A stretch of 64,000 bases of DNA, from contig JARFYF010000053.1 of the NCBI GenBank assembly GCA_030265395.1, positions 19,043,009 through 19,107,008 on the forward strand. The letters are read 5' to 3'. The notes beneath the pieces are model-generated. The model saw only the letters and a list, made by a program, of their open reading frames with translations, had not been told where the DNA came from and did not search any database. A program made the position numbers and the translations under genes. Of this stretch, positions 50,448-63,221 are shown in pieces. Numbering within the stretch: position 1 is the first letter of the stretch; each line of letters opens with the position of its first letter. The stretch comes from Rhina ancylostomus. Lineage: Eukaryota.

Positions 50448-51714
50448 TTCAATGAAAGTTGCCATGCAGGTGGACAGGGCAGTTAAGACGGCCTATGGGA
50501 TGCTAGCTTTCATAAGTCATGGGATTGAGTTTAAGAGCCGTGAAGTGATGATGCAGTTTTACAAAACTCTAGTTAGACCACACTTGGAGTACTGTGTTCA
50601 GTTCTGGTCGCCGCATTATAGGAAGGATGGGGAGGTGTTGGGGAGGGTGCAGAGGAGACTTACCAGGATGCTGCCTAGATTAGAGCGTATGGAATATGAG
50701 GAGAGGCTTAAGGTGCTAGGGCTTTTCTCACTGGAGAGGAGGAGGATGAGGGGANNNNNNNNNNNNNNNNNNNNNNNNNNNNNNNNNNNNNNNNNNNNNN
50801 NNNNNNNNNNNNNNNNNNNNNNNNNNNNNNNNNNNNNNNNNNNNNNNNNNNNNNNNNNNNNNNNNNNNNNNNNNNNNNNNNNNNNNNNNNNNNNNNNNNN
50901 NNNNNNNNNNNNNNNNNNNNNNNNNNNNNNNNNNNNNNNNNNNNNNNNNNNNNNNNNNNNNNNNNNNNNNNNNNNNNNNNNNNNNNNNNNNNNNNNNNNN
51001 NNNNNNNNNNNNNNNNNNNNNNNNNNNNNNNNNNNNNNNNNNNNNNNNNNNNNNNNNNNNNNNNNNNNNNNNNNNNNNNNNNNNNNNNNNNNNNNNNNNN
51101 NNNNNNNNNNNNNNNNNNNNNNNNNNNNNNNNNNNNNNNNNNNNNNNNNNNNNNNNNNNNNNNNNNNNNNNNNNNNNNNNNNNNNNNNNNNNNNNNNNNN
51201 NNNNNNNNNNNNNNNNNNNNNNNNNNNNNNNNNNNNNNNNNNNNNNNNNNNNNNNNNNNNNNNNNNNNNNNNNNNNNNNNNNNNNNNNNNNNNNNNNNNN
51301 NNNNNNNNNNNNNNNNNNNNNNNNNNNNNNNNNNNNNNNNNNNNNNNNNNNNNNNNNNNNNNNNNNNNNNNNNNNNNNNNNNNNNNNNNNNNNNNNNNNN
51401 TCTTTCCAAGGGCACCAATGCTCAATACAAGAGGGCATGGCTTTAAAGTAATGGGTGGGAAGTTCAAGGGAGATATCAGAGAGAGGTTTTTCACCCAGAG
51501 AGTGGTTGGTGTATGGAATGCACTGCCTGGGGTAGTAGTGGAGGCAGGTACATTGGTCAAGTTCAAGAGATTGTTAGATAAGCATATGGAAGAATTTAAA
51601 ATAGGGGATAAGTTGGAGGAAGGGGTTAGATAGTATTAGTCAAGGTTTAAAGCTCGGCACAACATGGTGGGCCAAAGGGCCCATATTGTGCTGTATTGTT
51701 CTATGGTTCTGTGG
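50448..51714 (+). mobile_element. Young HER1/CR1 3' fragment spanning a 646-N gap
   Basis: QVDRAVKTAYGMLAFISHGIEFKSREVMMQFYKTLVRPHLEYCVQFWSPHYRKD...FFTQRVVGVWNALP...FKRLLDKHM plus tail. Confidence 0.92.
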
Positions 51715-51715
51715 T

Positions 51716-51802
51716 TAAAACAGAAATTGCCAGAAATGCTCAGGCAGCATCTGTGGAAAGAGAAACAGTTAACATTTTAGGTCCAGGACTCTTCATCAGA
51801 AC
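51716..51802 (-). mobile_element. Older-family PLE terminus with hammerhead-like motif
   Basis: Minus: GTT CTGATGA AGAGTCCTGGACCT AAAA TGTT AAC. Confidence 0.7.
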
Positions 51803-51967
51803 CACCCTAAAATGATGCAACTCTGCCTCTGTTTTAAAAACGGACATTATGCTCACCACTTTTCTGTCCTCCATGGAAACTCTTAAATATAATTTCAAGG
51901 GTCTTCACTATTTTTTTCTCTATTTAACTCAGTCCTTGCATTTGGAACCTTGGATGCAGATTCTAAA

Positions 51968-52250
51968 TGGTAGTGTAGCAGTTAGCATTACACTAACCAG
52001 CGACCCAAGTTCAATTCCAGCCTCTGTCTGTAAGGAGTTTGTAAGTTCTCCCCATGTCTGTGTGGGTTTCCTCCAGGTGCTCCAGTTTCCTCCCACGTTA
52101 CAAAGATGTACAGGTGAGGAAGTTGTAGGCATGTTATGTTGGCACAGGAAGCGTGGCGACACTTGCGGGCTGCCGCCCAGAACAATCTACACAAAAAGAT
52201 GCATTTCACTGTGTGTTTTGATGTACGTGTGACTAATAAAGGTATCTTAT
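51968..52250 (+). mobile_element. V-SINE with Rex-like tail
   Basis: Same family as 23155-23443: A and B boxes, V domain, GGAAGCGTGGCGACACTTGCGGGCTGCC tail. Confidence 0.9.
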
Positions 52251-52327
52251 GTAAAATTGTGAATATTTTCCATTCTTTTTCGTTTGAATCACTTATGACT
52301 TAGTTGTTTGCCTCTAAATCTGAATAT

Positions 52328-52600
52328 TATGGGTACAAGTCCTGCAACAGAAATTTGAACACAAAGATCTGGAGTAACTCTTCACTGGGGGTGAGGGAGG
52401 GATTGAGGGAGTGCCATAATTTCTGAGATGCTATCCTTCAAAGTGACAAACTAACACACTGTCTGTTTGTTCAGATGGTCAGAAAAGATTTTATGGCTCT
52501 CATTTGAAGAAAAACCTTTCGAAGAATTGTGAATTACTTCCAGTACTCTGACAATGTTTATCACTCAGTCAACACAACTAAAATAATTGTTTGAGAAATT
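52328..52600 (+). mobile_element. Decayed Deu-domain SINE
   Basis: TGGGTACAAGTCC..CAGA.ATTTGA.CACAAA.ATC; TGAGGGAGTG; CTGTCTGTTTGTTCAGATGG..AAAAGAT...ATGGC; CTCAGTCAACACAACTAAAA. Confidence 0.6.
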
Positions 52601-55600
52601 TAACCTCATGTTAAAACATCTGCTAAATGGTGTTACATGGGGCTTGTAACAGTTTGATGTGAGCGCAATTTTCAAAAGGCATCGCATGCAAAGCAATATT
52701 TAGGCCAAGTAATGCCATGTTATGACTGAAGCTATTTGAGTGTAGTTCCACTGCTGGAGATGGTAGAGTGACTTAAGGTAAGTTATCATGAGGAGTCGCA
52801 TATTGGAAATGTTTGCAACATAGGTGGATGCTCATGGAATGGATCAATGCTAAAGTGTTGAGTAATTTTATGTATTGTGACAATGAAGCTGAATCCTTTG
52901 CTATATTCAGAAACAAACTCCTCAATGATGATACAGAAAGGCCTGATAGAAGTGGCAGAGGGACGAAGATGCCAACTCATGAGCTCACAGTTATGTGAAT
53001 CATGATACCCTACAGAGCCTCATGGTTACCCAGTTTTGTTTTGTGCAAATTGATAGCTGGACTCACTGCCACATTTCAAAATAACTTTAATTAACTACAA
53101 AGCAATTTGTTCTGAGATAAAGAAAGGCAATATATTAATGAAAATGTTTTCTTCTAAGTAACATTAGCTTTTTGCCTCTATTGAACTGGTAATGATGCCT
53201 AATTCAGTCTCTATAAATACAGTTCACTGTATCAGGGATTCAATGGAATGATATGCCAAATATCACTTCACTCTGGTCATTTATCATTCTGACTGCATTG
53301 AAATAACTTCTGCAAAGAAGGTATATACATTCCTATTCCAGACACTGATAAATTGACCAGTGAAATGTTTGTGGACATATCTGCAAAACACATGAGGTAC
53401 TGTGGAATTTTCTAAATTCAGAAGCTATATTCAGGTAATTCTGCATTATGACTGCCCACTTTGCTGTGTTTACTTCAGCATGTTGGCAAGAAAATAATTC
53501 TAATTTACTCAGATCATGTTCATTTTCTGTTAACCAGATGAATTTTAATCTTGTTAGTTGGTGCATTACATTATTCTGTGCTAGCTTCATGCCAAAGTTT
53601 ATAAATTAATTTACTAAAAATATTTTTACCAAATGAAATTTTATCACCTACTGATGAGAGAAAAAGATGAGTAGAAGCAAAACATTAAATTATCAAAACG
53701 TGTATTTCTGCAATTATCTGAAAAGGCAAAGCTGATGAAAATGTGTTAGCTGATACATTCATCACAATTGTCATATTTGTAAAGAATGGATTTAAGTGGT
53801 ATTCAACCAATGTACTAAAGAAAACTAACTCCAGATTAGTCCAACACCTATCTGTATATTCAATTTCGAATAAGGATGTGAAGTGTCAGATTTTTTTTGC
53901 AATAGCCAGAGGCGGTTTGAAACTAACCTCAAACACTGACTTATTTTTTTTATTATCCACTACAAAGCAATGACACTTGTTGCTAACCTTGGTGAAATTC
54001 TACTGCAAATATCCAGGCCTTTCTTTAATATGAACTTGATCTTTTCAGTTTTTGCATGGACTGCAATGTTAGTTCAAGGAAATCCCTCGGTACATGAACA
54101 ATGATATCATCAAACTGACTGAGCAACCAGTCATTAAAGAATTCTCATAGAGACCAAACCAGGAAGGAAAATGCAGAATTTTAAGAATGTAGGATAAAGG
54201 TAGAAATGTGCACATTAGATAAAATTGGAAGCTGAACTACCATAAATACACTTCAATAAAAATAACTCCAGTATATTTTAAAGTATTTTTCTAAGGGAAT
54301 TGTAATTTACACACAAAAAGTATCTTTTCAGTGCTAGAGAGTTTGTTGAGAAGTAATTATGGATGAGTATGCCATTAAGAAGTCATTAATGTCTCAAGCT
54401 ACAAATTATGACATATTCAATATTTAACAACAATTCATAACGACCTTAAATTGTCATTGATTCTTTGATTTCCTTGATTGTGATTGCAAAACATTAGAGC
54501 CTGTGGCGGAGCATTCAATCATTAAGAACTATGGATTCCTGCATAAAACCATATATGCATGGAAATACCAAAATTGTTAATAGTTTCTAAGGATTTGATA
54601 AAACTGATATTTTTACAGTTATTACAAATGCAAATTTCATGCTCCTGTCTCTTCAAAATTCCTTAAATCAGCCTGAATGTTTTTTAGAGAATTATCTTAT
54701 AATTTAAATATGTAAAAGGCCTTTAAAGTTTAATCATGAAAATATAACAAAGACCTTGTGGATTTTTTGCATCAGTATTTCCAACACTGCCACGTTACCA
54801 TAGAAATTTGTGGAGCACAATGGCGGGCCTGTGAAATTTTCAAGATGAGTGACTCCGAGATTTGGCATTCAAAGCGGGTGCAACTTCAGGACTTCCCGGT
54901 ATGAAAGCTACAATTTTCAAAGGTGTAATGTCTGTGCATGTCGATGCCTACCGTGTGCACTGGATCACAGAATTCCTCAAATATGTTCACATCACTTGTG
55001 GAAAAAGTCAGAACTCTTTTACATCTAAATTTAGAATGTGCCTGGAAAGTGTATTTTGAGCGTGGTGAATTAGAGTTAGTGGTAGAGGTCTGTTGCAGTC
55101 ATTTGAAGGTGATGATAAAAGAGGATCACAGAAATAGCAGAGGGGTATGTATTCCACCGATGTTTTCCTGATGTCATTTTATAGCTTTAGTGGAGATCAG
55201 CAAGCTCACCTCATTTGGCTATCTATATCTATACTTCTCCTAAGCTTTTGGGAGAATTACCAGAAGAGATCACTGACAATTCTAAACCTGTGCCATATTA
55301 TTTTAAAATGTGTTGTCTCAGGTACAGTTTCCACTACAGCATAATGCTGCTAATCGTCTGCACTAACTGTACATTTAAGAACTACAAAGCAATAGAAGGT
55401 GGACAAGTGAGATAAGAGTCAGCTGATAGATTAGATTTTTTTAAAAACTACAGCAGGAAGATCATACAACAGTTAAAATAAAATACGAACAATTTATTTG
55501 GAAACAAGTAAGCTAGGATTTATTTCTGCTATTTGCATTCCCATTTATGGCTTTTAATCATAACATTTCACCTACTTTGGCCTTGGGCATACACTTGTCT

Positions 55601-58092
55601 CTGATGACAGTTGATTCAAATAACTACAGTCTGTAGATGTTGTCCAATTACAACTCACTTTGAATGTTCATGCACTTATTTTATCGTGTGATAAATCAAA
55701 TTGAGAATAAACATTCGACTTTCACCATAACCGACCTGCTCTTAAGCAGCTAAGACTTAAAATGCTAAATTGTTGCTTGACTGATGTTCTCAGAGGAAAA
55801 TGATCATATGTGTTGGTGCCCAGGTTTGTAATTTACAACAGGCCTGGACTGTCTGTTCGAGTGGGCTTTCCACCCATCTCACAATCTGATATGGAGGGTC
55901 CTTCAGGCAGGTAGAAGTTGCAAAGAAAACCTGAGGTATCTTCAACTCTTCCCAGTACTTTGAGGAGCAGGAACTATCAATATGGTCAAGCGAAGAAACC
56001 ACAGCTGAGGTGCAAGTGTGATGTGGTCGATGCACTAATACAGTAGAATGCTATTTTCTGAAACAAGAACCAGAGAAAAGCAATAGTGCACTAAGATCTT
56101 TCATATTTTGTTATGAGCAATCCTATTTTTAAAATATGAGAGAGACAGGTCTGGATTTGCCACCATGGGAAAAATTCTGAAGGTTCCTCCATTTGGATAA
56201 AAGTGACAGGTGAATTCTAAATTTATCCTTAATAGCATGGTGAGATCTGATAACTATCAATAAATTAGACTAGTTCAGTGCTGCGGTCTTGTCGTGAAGA
56301 ACAAAAGCTCGAACTAAGAATTTGCTTTGCGTGTAACTCATATTAGATGTTATGAGGCTGGGACTCATAAATTTTATTGTGAATCCAACATATGAAAGAA
56401 ATGCTTTCCAAACACATAATCACCCCTGCATCTGGCCTCTGTTGTCTGTAACCTTTTGTTTGCATCTGAGTATTGGAAATGCATTGCATAATTCTCATAA
56501 ATACCAGAAACCACAAGAAGGAGCTACACACTGGGTGTAGTTTCACTTCAAGTATGACTAAACTTTTCTTCCCCATTCTGGTAAATGAAACAATTTTGTC
56601 AATTCTGTGGCAGAGAAAAGATATATTTGCCTATGCAAAACAGAAATATACTGAAAGAGCACCCAATTAAATAAATGCTGGAACCAAGTTCATGGTGGTT
56701 TCCCTTTACTGCATCTCCATTAGACAGCATTTCTGAACCAGAAAAGTGCTGATTATCCAAATGTTCATAACCCTGCTTTTCTTGTTCAAACTTCTTAGCA
56801 TTGTCACTGGGCTTGAGTGAGGTAGTACGAGAGGGGGCATGAGGAATATGCAGGCATATTTCTCCTCCTCCAGTCGTCTACACCTAGCTTCTGTTATACA
56901 TCATCTTTTCCTATAAGCAAAAGGAATGTGTGACACTTTTTGCATTGTGATTGTAAGGTTTCCTCTGTGTGTTCACTGTGATCTATGGATGCAAGGTTTG
57001 CAATAATGCTAACTGCTTAAGGATGTGATAAAATATATATTTTGAAAGAAAATTTTGGTGGATAGAGAATGAGAGTGTTCTGAAATGAGCAGTTAATGAT
57101 AATGGCCCAGATGTTGGGCTATATCATACGAAGATTGATCTTACCCTGGTAATATTTGTCAGATTAATTTTTTTCAGATCCACGTTTGTAGAGATAAATG
57201 GCTTGTATTGATATTTTGTGATACTGCTACCAATTGGCTCCTCAGAATTTACACTAACCTCCTTCTAACTACATGTAAAAGCCTTTGGTGAACCATCAAA
57301 GAATTTAGTGCATGGTTTCTTGTATGTTCATGCATCCTCAAAGAGAAGGTTTCAATTCGGTTAATAATCCTACAACAGTAATGCACTCCTGTCCTAATAC
57401 ACACAGACACAGCACCATTGCAAAGACTGCATAAAACGATCCATAAGATGAGCAAGCAATGCAAGTTTAACATGCTGTCTGTAACAAAGGGCATCTGTTC
57501 ATCACAGACTGAGATTCATCCTCATTTTTGAAAGTTGGCCAATTTAAATCCTTCTCAAAATCTCTATCCTATATCTGAAATGTACAACAATGCATAATGC
57601 ATTTGGCTGTCATAAAAAGAACAATAATATGTAGCAAATTCTATCACTTTGATAAGAATATACTTTAGCCTCAAAATTGGACTTTGCCATTTTTAACAGC
57701 AGAAAACCAAGAAGACTTTTGAAATGGTGTTAGGATGGTAACACCCAAAAAAGCGCACAAAACTGGGATGCATGTGATTTCCAATGAGACCTCTCCCATT
57801 TCAATACAACTGCCAGAACTTTGCAGGACACCCATCATAGAAGGGTGTTAGCCCTTCAAGATACACACCTCATGGCAGTCATACAAAGCAACCCACACTA
57901 TAGCTGCTGAGGAAGAGAGCCAAAGGCTACAGGGGAGAGGAAGAAAGCTCTACAGTTACAGAAAAGCATGCCAAGAAGTATCTTGTGGCTGAGGAACCAG
58001 GAAACACAATCAATCCTCTCCCCCAGGAGTGAGAATCCCTGGATCAAGGAGCAAGACAAAAAGATACCCAGTTAGATATGTCAAGATGAACT

Positions 58093-58136
58093 GTCTCTCT
58101 CTCTCACACACACATGAACACACACACACACGCACA
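58093..58136. repeat. Compound (CT)n(CA)n microsatellite
   Basis: TCTCTCTCTCTCACACACACATGAACACACACACACACGCACA. Confidence 0.85.
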
Positions 58137-58519
58137 TAATGAAGCACTCAAACTGTTACTCCATCCAAACTACCCCCACTCCTCATCATGCATGACATCC
58201 ACTTGGCTCTAAACCTACTACTCACAAACCATCCCCTCCATCATTCACATGGAAGTCAAGCTTCCAAGAGTAGGATAATGAAAAGGCTACTCAATTTCTT
58301 TCATCACCACTTAGGCAGCAAGAGCAAGGAAAAGGAAAGAAGCCACCCCCATGAGAAGTAGCCTTCATGATTGTAGTATCTGTCCCAGTAGACGACACCA
58401 TCCTCCAACGCATGAACAGAGGCCCACTGAGCCCCAAAACACCTCAATTGTTTCTTTCTCCCAAGGAGTGAAGGACATAGAATGGGATAAGCAGGAGAAC
58501 AAGCTCGAGGGAGAGGAGG

Positions 58520-58745
58520 TGAACGGTCCTCTTATACGATGAGATGGACCCTTGACCTCACAGTCTACCTTGTTTGACCTTGCACCTTATTGTCTACCTG
58601 CAATGCACTTTCTCTGTAGCTGTGACACTTTACTCTGTATTCTGTTATTGTTTTTATTCTGTACTACCTCAATGCACTATGTAATGAATTGATCTGGACC
58701 AATGGTATGCAAGACAAGTTTTTCACTGTNNNNNNNNNNACCAAT
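58520..58745 (+). mobile_element. Rex-like LINE 3' end and UTR
   Basis: TGAACGGTCCTCTT...GGACCCTTGACCTCACAGTCTACC...CAAGACAAGTTTTTCACTGT, mirrored at 48030-48190. Confidence 0.75.
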
Positions 58746-60546
58746 AATGATGTTAATGATTGATGATGATGATGATAATGATACCCACTGTATGTCATTT
58801 TGTCTGATGCTCCACAGCACCCAGAGACTGATAAGCAAGAAATGATAGATAAATGTTACAGGGAGATACACCAGGCATTAGTGGCCTGCAGTCTGACACC
58901 ACATGTGTTGCCAGTGCCAGAGAGGCATCTGCACATCCACACTGCCCCATAAGACGTGGATGAGGGGTTCAATGGGAATGCTTCCGTGACAAGGCTGAGC
59001 CAGATGGACAGTGAGACAGTTGGTGCCTGCTTCACTGGATGTAGAAACTGACAAGGAGTAGGGATGTGTCTATTTCCATGTTGCCAACAGCAGATTGTGC
59101 AGAACCGGGAGACTATCAACTCCACGTATCACATGCACCTACAAGCTGGAGAGCGGTGATGATCCCGTTACACAGTAACTCCTGGTTCAGGTTACCGCTG
59201 AGGTAAAGGCACAGACAGAGGCCACTCCCCATATGAAGGCTCACCACACTCCAGCTGGAGGTACGGTCTCTGCCACATGGGAGCAGCTTAACATCCTCAC
59301 TGAGCAGAAGAACGCCGCTTGTGAAAAGATCACTGTTCTCCCGGAGAAAAAGATGCCATTCATTAGCAGAGTGCAGCTCTCAGGAGCAGTGAGATGGCAT
59401 GTGGGAACAGATCTCTCTTCAGCAGAAGGAGCACTATGCACTAGTCGACTTGCACTGTGAGCAAAGCCCCTCACAGAATGTGCAGAGAATTGGTTCCACG
59501 TAGAACAAAGGAGACAGAAGGGACCAGATTCCTCTGTTTCATGCTCTGCAGGTTGAAACTTGATGGGGTGAACTTACTGCCAATAGATTGTGGGACCATA
59601 GCTTACACAGTCCCATAATGTCACCTGGTACGTAGGTTCAGGACATTGATGTCCCCACTCACCAGAACACCATGTCACCTCACACCATGGCTGTTTAGGT
59701 GGCATGTTCACCCTTCAGTTCTGTGGCCAACAGTCTAAGGCTGGCCCAGTTAATTAATCTAAATGTTTGAATACAATTCAAACTCATGTTCTCAAGTCAA
59801 TAGACCTGGCCTCTGGATCCTAGTCTGGTTATTTAAACAATGCTGGCCAGGCCCCCAGTATCACACATAGGCTGGCACTCAGGCCTAGTAGACAGTCTCT
59901 CAAAAACAAACATGAACACAGAAGAGGAAATTGCTGTTATCTAATGGCAAATTGCACCCTCAGCATGTCCCAGTGTGTTCCCTATACAATGAATTACTTT
60001 TGAAGAGCAGTCAATGTTGTTAAGTATCACAATATGCAAGGTGTGCCTCCCACCAAGCAGCCTGGAGGCCTTGCAGCCAAAAGGAATTATTCAGGGTCTG
60101 CTGGTGTTGCATATCATTTAGTTAAATTTTAAAATGCACTGCTGCTAGGTCCTGAGCTGCCTGACACTCACCACTCTATATAAAGGAAATTAGTTCATAT
60201 TAGCCTTTGATAAGCTCCAATAAATTCATTCTTTGGTCTTTAGATTTCTGTTTTGCAGTTTTACTGCAGCCAGTTATTTGTGTAGTTCTAATTACATTTG
60301 CCTTTGTGATATTCAAAAATGCAGCAAGTGTATATTTCAATATGAATATCAAGAAGATGAGATATTCTTCCATCTTGGTGGAGACAATTACTGTCTGTCA
60401 GTTCTGTGGCACAAACACAGCTTACTGTATATCAGCCCAGGCCTGGATATTGTCCATTTTTTGTTGCAAACATCCATGGACTGTTTCATTATCTGATAAA
60501 CTGTGAATGGAGTTGAACATTCACTGTGCCATCTATCTTCTAATGA

Positions 60547-60915
60547 TGGCACAGTGGTGCAGCTGGTAGAGCTTAGGCCTCACAATGCCAGAGACCTGTG
60601 ATCCATCCTGGACATCAATCCAGTGCTGTCTGTGTGGAGTTTGCACATTCTCCATGTGGGTTTCCTCCAGTTACTCCAGTTTTCTTCCACACCCCAAAAA
60701 TGTGAGGTAGGTTGGATAAGTCACCACTGTAAACTCATGTTATTCTCCCCATATTCCCGTTGTCCCACTTGGGGGTGGGGAGGTAGGGGTGAGTGATGCA
60801 AATATGGAGAGAAAAACATGGCTTCAGGTAATATTAGCATCAAAGCGGATGCTTGATGGTTATCACAGACTCAATGGGCAAAGGGGGCTCTTTGTGTGCT
60901 ATATCTTTCTGTGAC
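60547..60915 (+). mobile_element. V-SINE with HER1/CR1-like tail (HE1-like)
   Basis: GGCACAGTGGTGCAGCTGGTAGAG head, CTGTCTGTGTGGAGTTTGCACATTCTCC V domain, tail GCTTGATGGT...GACTCAATGGGC.AAGGG..CT.TTTGTGTGCT.TATCT. Confidence 0.85.
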
Positions 60916-61074
60916 CCAAAAAGCTTTGATCAAGCAACTGGTTAGGCTCAGCATGTTACTTTAAGAATTTCTGCAGCAATATTCTGGGACTGGGATTACT
61001 GGCTAACAACTGCCATCACTTGTTCCGATTGACCTCAAGTTTACTGATGCTCTTCAACGCCACATGTTGTCAAT

Positions 61075-61470
61075 GAGGACACAAGAGACTGCAGGTGCTG
61101 GAATCTGGAGCAACACACAATCTGCTGGAAGAACTCAGCAGGTCAGGTGGCATCTGTGGGAAGAAAGAATCGATGTTTTGAGTTAAAACCCTGCATCAGG
61201 ACTGAGAGTGGAGAGGAGAGACGGTCAGTATAAAGAGCAGAAGAAGAGTGGCAAGAAAGGATTCTGAGGTGATTGGTGGACTGAGGAAGGGTGTAAGGTG
61301 GTGCCAGGTAGGGGAGGTGAGGGGGGGTGGAGTTGGAAGACAGTGGCAGGTGAGTGACAGATCAGAGGCAGACAGAGAGAGAGAGAGGACAAGGGGAAAA
61401 AAATGGAACAGGTCAGGGAGAGGGAAGTGTGAAGGCTGGAGACAGCTGCTGGAGGCAGATAAGCAGCAAC
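61075..61470 (-). mobile_element. PLE 3' region (terminus plus pyrimidine-rich UTR on the minus strand)
   Basis: GACACAAGAGACTGCAGGTGCTGGAATCTGGAGC...CCCTGCATCAGGACTG, then a purine-rich tract like 63330-63680. Confidence 0.75.
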
Positions 61471-61604
61471 ACAAAGTATGACCAGTGCTAGATTCTCATA
61501 ATAAAGGAGGTGAGAATGGCAACCATCAGGGGAGAGGTGAATGGCAGCTGGATGGGTGAACCTCTCCCCTTGTTGCTCCACGGTATCAAGTGTTTTGATG
61601 CTAA

Positions 61605-61890
61605 AGTCTCTGAAATTTGGATCCTTTATCCATGCTTGGACTAGGGCTATAATGAGGGGAGAAGTCAAGTGGGGCTGGGAGAACCAAACTAAACAATAAC
61701 ATGGAGATTACTGGTGAGTAACTGCCACTTAATATCACAACTAAGGACATTGTCCATCATTCTCCTGATGATTGACAGTAGAGTAATTATCCAGATTGGA
61801 TTTATCCTGCTTGTTATGGTGAGAACATACAGTACCTGGATCACTTTCCACATTGTCAGGTAGATCAAGAGTTGCAATGTTACAAAGATA
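61605..61890 (-). mobile_element. Old CR1-like LINE RT fragment
   Basis: Minus strand IYLTMWKVIQV..KQDKSNLDNY..LLSIIRRMMDNVL..IKWQL resembles the RT N-terminal motifs. Confidence 0.65.
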
Positions 61891-63221
61891 ATCTTCAGTA
61901 GAATGTCTTCAGCTCTTGGCCAGAATGTATCTGGTCCTAAACCTCTGCTCTCAGCCTTATCTTTATTTCACATAGATTGAAGCGTAACAGCTGAAAACTT
62001 TGAAGGTGGAAACCTTGGAGGAGACCAAGATGGATTACCCAGTCAAAACTTGCAGTTAAAGATGGTTGCAAACACTCTGTCTCACTCATTGGCTGGGCTC
62101 TCCTACTGGCATGCCTTTGTCATTTCTGAATTCGATACAAAGGCTGATGCCAGCTGCCTTTCCAGTTTAATTCTTGTGTTTCGATGTTTTGCAATATTTT
62201 TGGGTGGTGCAATAATTAAGCTCAACTCTTATTTCTCCTATTATTAAATAAAATGCCTGAGTAAATCATAAGATAAAAACTACACATTTCTCTTTTGCAC
62301 TTTAAAAACTATCAAAATGTGAAATGTATTTTTTTATAATGCAACATCCTGCAACAGTCATTTAGTTTGCATAGTTTCATGCAGCAATGAAAGAGTAGAA
62401 AAAAAACTTGGCCTATGTCCAAACACAGAGTCTTGGTTTGTATGATACTTGCTATTCTGCACCTCACATAACAGGAAAAGTTAACTCGATATACCCCAAT
62501 TCAATCTCTGAAGTAACATAAACAAATATCTATGGCCTCTGTTCTGAGAAGCCTAAACGTGAAGTTGAATTCCGAGAAGGCCAAGATGTTACAAAAGGGA
62601 AACTGTGCTGAGAATAGCACTATCTCTGCAACCCTGACCACACAGTTTAACAAATGGGGTTACATCTTTTTATTTATGCTTGCCTGTTGGTGATTTCCCA
62701 GCAGTAATGCTATTTTAATTTAACTCACAACGATACATCCAATATATTCAAACTTTTAACTAATTTTATTTGATTTCAAAATATTAAATTTAGTTTCAAC
62801 ATAGCATGTGTACTTCCCTAAAGAGTATATTATTCATACTTTTCAGTCATTTCCACAACTGTATTTGTCCAATGTCACATGAAATCCAACAAAATCTGAC
62901 TTACTTGAAAACAAATAAAATCAGGAAACAGATTGAAAGTCTTTTTGTGTTACCGTGTCATCTATATGGGTATCCAAAATAGCATGCTTGAATGATTGTA
63001 TAATTTTTCGACTTGCCTTTGTTTCAGCAATGGTAAGGAGCAACATGCCTTTCCAATTCCTGTGTCTTAGTGCCATCTGCTGTTGCTATGCTGATCCAGC
63101 TGCTGAAAGCAAAATCATCTGTCAAACTGCAGAACCAAACGGTGGGGGAGTCTACTTTTCAGAAACAGAACTCAAATTTTGTTCAGCACATCCACTGTTT
63201 GAAAGTGTATTTCAAGTGTAT

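Noticed and set aside
50452-51633. 393-aa ORF and overlapping 236-316 aa ORFs
   Set aside because: Their length comes from translation through 646 Ns; the real parts are a CR1 3' fragment.
61200-61470. Pro/Ser/Leu-rich and Gly/Arg-rich ORFs (also 63212-63747)
   Set aside because: By-products of the purine/pyrimidine-skewed PLE 3' UTR.
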